From: an uncultured Nitrospiraceae bacterium
GTDB lineage: Bacteria > Nitrospirota > Thermodesulfovibrionia > Thermodesulfovibrionales > SM23-35
Length of the DNA: 64,000 nucleotides
Direction: 5' to 3'
NCBI GenBank assembly: GCA_963727775.1
Contig: CAVSHB010000002.1
Coordinates: forward strand, 32,001 to 96,000
Both the position numbers and the translations under genes were made by a program. Within the stretch, counting starts at the first letter, position 1; the number at the start of each line of letters is the position of its first letter. The notes beneath the pieces are model-generated. The model did not search any database and was not told the DNA's origin. It was given only the letters and a program-made list of their open reading frames with translations. Positions 59,175 to 64,000 of the stretch are shown here, piece after piece.

Positions 59175-61177
59175 TATAGCTCAGCTCCTTCAATAACAGG
59201 CAGACTGATTTCCACCGTGCATCCGGGCGGCGGATCATTGTTCTTTATAGTTATATTACCACCATGGGCCAGAATGGTATTTTTTGCCAGGCTTAAACCT
59301 AACCCATTCCCACGCTTGCGTGTCGTAAAAAAAGGTTCAAATACCTTCTGATAATTTTCAGGCGGCACCCCTGCGCCATGGTCAACCACATAAATCCGCG
59401 CGGTCATTCCCTTGGGGTTAGCGACAATAAACTGTATATCACTCCCATCAGGACTGTGTTGCGCCGCGTTTTCCAGCAGGTTGAAAAAGACTTGCTGGAG
59501 TCTTGAGCTGTCCGCCATCACATTAAAGTTACTGTTCGCGGAAGGAAGAATTAACCGCACCCTATGGGTTTTTGACAAGGTTGTCTGTTTCCATAAATCC
59601 ATAGTTGTTGCACAGAGCAAAGGCAATGACTCCTGATGCAAGCTGGACGGCTGAAGGGGTTTGCCCAGATCCAATAAATCTCCCATCAACCGGGCCAACC
59701 GGTCCACCTGGGTCCGGATATGATCGAGAAAGGGCTGGTATTCAGGGTTGTCCCCGATGTCCTGGAAGAGGGCCTCGGTAATTGCCAGGATGGCGTACAA
59801 AGGGTTCCTTACCTCGTGGGCAACCCCCGCAGCCATCTGGCCGAGGATCTTCATCCTGTCCAAATGCCGCAATTGCTTTTCCATTACGTTTCGCTCAAAC
59901 TCATAAGCTACGTACCGCGCGAAGATTTCTATGAGGCGGACCTCGTCTTCGCTGAATATGTTTTCCTCATAATCCATGGCGCAGACAAAGCCTACTACTT
60001 TGCCGCTGACAATTTTTATCGGGACCCCGATATGCGTTTTGAAATCATGATCATGAAAGAATTTATTTTCAGGGAAAAGCTGCCTGAGCGGACCTTTAAT
60101 CTGGAAAGGCTCTTTTTTCTCACATATGATTGCACAGGGGGAGTGCTCCGTCGAGATTGTTTCGTTATGGATAAATATTCCGTCGGTTATCCTCGATATA
60201 ATCTTGATCCGGTCTTCTTCAATGTGCTGAACTGCAACATATGAAATTCTGAGAAGGGCGGCAAGATTGAAAACCACCTGGTCGCAGACCGCTTCGTATG
60301 AGCCGCGCAGTGTCGTGGCAATATTGTAAACCGACTGTAACACTTCGAGACTTTGGACCAATCTTTCTTCGGCCCGCTTGCGCTTGGTGATGTCTTTTTG
60401 TGAAACGACAATGTTAATAATCTCCCCTTGTTCATTGCAGACAACGGAAGTCGTGCAATCGGTATTGATTATCGAGCCGTCTTTGCAGACTATATCTACC
60501 TCCTGGCGGTGGGACCTTTGCTTTAAGCGCACAGGAAAGTGCTCATTATAAATTTCTTTTGACAAAGGGCTGAAGAACCTCGCTATATTTGAACCGACTA
60601 ATTCATCTTCCGTATAACCCAATCCATCTGAGACGGCCGGATTAACCTGGGTAATTATTCCATTTTCATCCAATACATATATAAAGTCGTTCACTGCGTT
60701 AAAGAAGGAGCGCAGTCTCTCTTTACTCTCAAAGAGCGCTTCTTCCGCGAGTTTGCGGTCCATTATGTCTTCGATAACACCGTCAATCCATTTGATCCGT
60801 CCGTTTTTATCATATTGAACTCTTGCGGTAACAGAGCCCCACATGAAAGTGCCGTCTTTTTTCCGGAGTTTCAATTCTTCATTTTTTACGAAACCCTGTT
60901 CCTGAATTTTTTCTATAAAACGTCTCCTGTCTTCCGGGTCCTGGTAAAGCTCGGATATGCGAAGTTTCAAGAACTCTTCAACGGAATCATAACCGAACAT
61001 CCTTGCCATGGCCGGGTTTGCCTGGAGGAGCCGGCCATGAGCTCCACCTGTATTCCTGTAAATCCCGGTATTTATGTTCTCAACCAGAGAGCGGTATTTC
61101 TCTTCTGAACCGGAGAATGTTGCCTGATCTTTCGGGGGGCGGCCTGTAATTTTGCTTTTTGTTTTTTTCATCAGCAA
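59174..61177 (-). CDS. Cytoplasmic PAS-PAS-GAF sensor histidine kinase
   Basis: Two PAS/PAC, GAF, AHEVRNPL H-box, NLLENA, DHGAG, FFTT, GNGLGL. Confidence 0.92.
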   Translation of the reverse strand: MLMKKTKSKITGRPPKDQATFSGSEEKYRSLVENINTGIYRNTGGAHGRLLQANPAMARMFGYDSVEEFLKLRISELYQDPEDRRRFIEKIQEQGFVKNEELKLRKKDGTFMWGSVTARVQYDKNGRIKWIDGVIEDIMDRKLAEEALFESKERLRSFFNAVNDFIYVLDENGIITQVNPAVSDGLGYTEDELVGSNIARFFSPLSKEIYNEHFPVRLKQRSHRQEVDIVCKDGSIINTDCTTSVVCNEQGEIINIVVSQKDITKRKRAEERLVQSLEVLQSVYNIATTLRGSYEAVCDQVVFNLAALLRISYVAVQHIEEDRIKIISRITDGIFIHNETISTEHSPCAIICEKKEPFQIKGPLRQLFPENKFFHDHDFKTHIGVPIKIVSGKVVGFVCAMDYEENIFSEDEVRLIEIFARYVAYEFERNVMEKQLRHLDRMKILGQMAAGVAHEVRNPLYAILAITEALFQDIGDNPEYQPFLDHIRTQVDRLARLMGDLLDLGKPLQPSSLHQESLPLLCATTMDLWKQTTLSKTHRVRLILPSANSNFNVMADSSRLQQVFFNLLENAAQHSPDGSDIQFIVANPKGMTARIYVVDHGAGVPPENYQKVFEPFFTTRKRGNGLGLSLAKNTILAHGGNITIKNNDPPPGCTVEISLPVIEGAEL

Positions 61178-61298
61178 TTTTAAAGCTGGTGTTGGAACTG
61201 CAGCCTATAGTTAAATTTTATCAGAATGCTGCTCAGCATCTCAATAAAATGCGGACCGCATAGTGATATAATTATTCTAAACGCAAAAGGAGTGAAAT

Positions 61299-63734
61299 AT
61301 GGAAGCCTTCAATCTTGAGAAATACTCTGTCCCCTTTGATAAACTTCGCTGGATCTGCCCGTCCGACTTGTTTCAGTTTGAGTGTACTGCAGATATTGAA
61401 CCTCTGAAAGAATTTATAGGCCAGGACAGGGCAATTGATTCCATAAATTTCGGACTGGCTGTGGAAAGGCCGGGATATAACCTGTTCCTCACAGGACTTA
61501 CAGGCACAGGCAAGGCGGCGACCATTAAGGCACGCCTGCAGAAATTCATAGAAGACAGAAAATCCGGGGGGACGCAATATCAATTTTTTGACTGGTGTTA
61601 TGTCTATAACTTCTCTGCGCCTGACGAACCCCGGATACTAAAGTTACCGCAGGGATTCGGGAAATCCTTCAACAACAATATGGAAGAGCTCCTGAAAACA
61701 TTAAAAGACGAAATACCGAAAACCTTCGGCAGTGAGGAATACAACAAGAGAAAACAGGAAATCATGGAAGGGCATCAAAGGAGATACCAGGAGGCTATGG
61801 ACGTACTGGACAAGGAAGCCACGGAAAAGCAGCTGATGGTCCAAATCTCTCCGATGGGTGCGGTTGTCGTGCCGGTAGCTGAGGGGAAACCGTTGTCGAG
61901 GGAAGAATTCCTGGCCCTTCCTGAAACACAAAGAGCAGAAATTGAGACAAGACGTCTGGGAATGATGCAAAGGGTCGATGAGACATATGCGCGACTTCGT
62001 GATCTGGAGAAAGAGATCGGTGAAAAAATGAAAGAAATAGACACAAAGGCCGGCGAATATGCGATAGCACACCCCTTTGAGGAGATGTTAAAAAAATATA
62101 GTGAATATCCCGACGTCGTACAATTTCTGAAAGAGGCGAGAGAATATACCCTGACTAAGCTGGACTTATTCACGCAGGCGCCTGTCCAGCCGCAGTTCCC
62201 GGGACTTCCCGGTATGCCGCAGGCAGACTTGCTCATGGCTTACAAAGTGAATATCTTTGTGGATAACAGCTCTATCAGCGGGCCGCCGATAATTTTTGAG
62301 CCGAATCCCAATTGGTTTAATATGTTTGGGAAGATTGAAAGAAAAGCCTTAATGGGCACATACATGAGCGACCATACGATGATTAAGGCAGGGGCCGTGC
62401 AATCGGCAAATGGCGGCTATCTTATCCTGAATATCCGCGACGTACTATTGAACCCGATTGTGTGGGAAGGATTAAAAAGGGTCATTAAGACCAAGGAAAT
62501 CCGGGCTGAAGACCCGGGGGAACAATTCGGGTATTTTGCACCCCACAGTATGAAGTCCCAACCAATGCCCGTAGAGTTCAAAATTATTGTTATGGGTGAC
62601 GATTCTCTCTATCAGCTTCTTACCCTTTACGACGAGGATTTTTGGGAAATGTTTAAGGTCAAGGCAGACTTCGACTATCAGATGCAGCGTTCTGATGAAA
62701 ATATAAAGTCTTTTGCCTGTTACATTCGTACCTGCTGTGACGGTGAAAATCTTTTGCCCTTTGATCTTACGGGAGTGGCAAAGATCGTAGAATATGCAGT
62801 GCGGGCGGCAGGAGATCAGGAAAAAATATCTGCAAGGTTCGGTCCATTGAAAGACCTGATCGTGGAATCCGACTATTGGGCAAGGGATTCCCGGCGCAAG
62901 ATGGTAACCGGAGAGCATGTGGAAAAAGCAATGAGGGAGAAGATACACCGGCTCGATCTGATTGCGGAACGCATCCTGCAGATGATTGCAGAGGGCACCC
63001 TAATGGTTGACGTTAAAGGGGCGGTTATCGGACAGGTCAACGGGCTTGCCGTTTACGACCTCGGGATATTCAGCTTTGGAAGGCCGAACCGCATTACCGC
63101 CAAAACTTTTCTGGGAAGGCGCGGCATCATCAATATCGAAAGAGAGTCCCAGTTAAGCGGGCGTATCCATGATAAAGGAGTGCTTATCCTGTCCGGTTAT
63201 CTCGGCTGGAAATATGCGCAGGACAAGCCCCTGTCCCTTTCCGCAAGTATCTGCTTTGAACAGTCTTATTCCGGGGTTGAAGGGGACAGCGCTTCATCTA
63301 CAGAGCTTTACGCGATTGTTTCCAGCCTTGCTGATCTTCCCGTAAAGCAGAATATAGCAATCACGGGTTCAGTGAATCAGAAAGGTGAAGTCCAGCCTAT
63401 TGGAGGAGTCAACCATAAGATTGAGGGCTTCTATGATGTCTGTAAAGCAAAGGGGCTGACGGGTGAGCAGGGAGTTATGATCCCCCATCAAAATGTTAGA
63501 AACCTGATGTTGCGGGAAGATGTTGTAAAAGCCATACATGATGGCCAATTCCATATTTATTCGGTCAAGACTATCGATGAGGGAATCGAAGTCTTGACCG
63601 GTATTATTGCGGGGGAAAGACAACCGGACGGTACGTATCCCGCAGGAACAGTCAATTATCTTGTTGACGCAAGATTAAGTGATTTTGCGAAGAAAATGAA
63701 AGGGTATTATTCACCGGAGGGAGATACGGTATAA
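61299..63734 (+). CDS. Lon-like protease (LonC type: AAA-like domain with coiled-coil insert, S16 protease domain)
   Basis: GQDRA, GLTGTGK, ANGGYL, GDSAS and K of the Ser-Lys dyad (HKIEG). Confidence 0.88.
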   Translation: MEAFNLEKYSVPFDKLRWICPSDLFQFECTADIEPLKEFIGQDRAIDSINFGLAVERPGYNLFLTGLTGTGKAATIKARLQKFIEDRKSGGTQYQFFDWCYVYNFSAPDEPRILKLPQGFGKSFNNNMEELLKTLKDEIPKTFGSEEYNKRKQEIMEGHQRRYQEAMDVLDKEATEKQLMVQISPMGAVVVPVAEGKPLSREEFLALPETQRAEIETRRLGMMQRVDETYARLRDLEKEIGEKMKEIDTKAGEYAIAHPFEEMLKKYSEYPDVVQFLKEAREYTLTKLDLFTQAPVQPQFPGLPGMPQADLLMAYKVNIFVDNSSISGPPIIFEPNPNWFNMFGKIERKALMGTYMSDHTMIKAGAVQSANGGYLILNIRDVLLNPIVWEGLKRVIKTKEIRAEDPGEQFGYFAPHSMKSQPMPVEFKIIVMGDDSLYQLLTLYDEDFWEMFKVKADFDYQMQRSDENIKSFACYIRTCCDGENLLPFDLTGVAKIVEYAVRAAGDQEKISARFGPLKDLIVESDYWARDSRRKMVTGEHVEKAMREKIHRLDLIAERILQMIAEGTLMVDVKGAVIGQVNGLAVYDLGIFSFGRPNRITAKTFLGRRGIINIERESQLSGRIHDKGVLILSGYLGWKYAQDKPLSLSASICFEQSYSGVEGDSASSTELYAIVSSLADLPVKQNIAITGSVNQKGEVQPIGGVNHKIEGFYDVCKAKGLTGEQGVMIPHQNVRNLMLREDVVKAIHDGQFHIYSVKTIDEGIEVLTGIIAGERQPDGTYPAGTVNYLVDARLSDFAKKMKGYYSPEGDTV

Positions 63735-63787
63735 GAGGAAAAGGCACGAAAATTGCTTTTTTTAGGGTTGCGGCTAAATAATTAAAT

Positions 63788-64000
63788 ATGGACAGGCGGT
63801 ATAACTCTTTCGGCTCATATATAAAAAAATTATTCGGGACCACTGTTTACAAGGTGAACGTTGATGCCGGGTTTACATGTCCCAATAGGGACGGAACAGT
63901 CGGGATATCAGGATGTATTTATTGCAACAACGACAGTTTCAGGCCGATTTCCTGCGTACCGACTCTCTCAGTCAGTGAGCAGATCAATAAAGGCGTCACA
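63788..64000 (+). CDS. TIGR01212/YhcC-type radical SAM protein, N-terminal part (runs off window end)
   Basis: Manual translation MDRRYNSFG...DAGFTCPNRDG...GCIYC. Confidence 0.88.
   Translation, partial: MDRRYNSFGSYIKKLFGTTVYKVNVDAGFTCPNRDGTVGISGCIYCNNDSFRPISCVPTLSVSEQINKGVT

Overview
A 64-kb bacterial chromosomal window that is almost entirely coding. Gene content and style suggest an anaerobic diderm, possibly Nitrospirota or a deltaproteobacterium-like lineage; this is inference only. Most of it is housekeeping: pyrG (partial), kdsB, trpS, prpE, purine genes, radC, speD, pgk-gap, rho, rsmG-mnmG, the pheA-hisC-aroF-tyrA-aroA-cmk-ispH-rpsA-sppA-ihfB operon, cobA/hemD, queC, plsY, pgsA, kdsC and a LonC-type protease. 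Accessory or unusual parts: (1) an intact PurD paralogue with nearly all catalytic motifs rewritten, between an IMP-cyclohydrolase-only purH and purE; (2) a sigma54-driven type IV pilin locus with an AT-rich cassette that looks like a lipid-carrier amino-sugar glycosylation system (dehydratase, aminotransferase, acetyltransferase, methyltransferase, GT2, GT-C); (3) two inverted copies, 17 kb apart, of a ~110-bp structured element with terminal inverted repeats and compensatory base changes; (4) an orphan radical-SAM plus B12-radical-SAM pair; (5) a DUF4388-MshEN-pseudopilin chimera; (6) a sigma54 module controlling a lone receiver and a four-helix-bundle gene; (7) degenerate heptamer repeats inserted in frame in conserved genes. 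No rRNA, tRNA, CRISPR array, transposase or prophage was recognised. All calls come from reading motifs by eye; no database searches were run.
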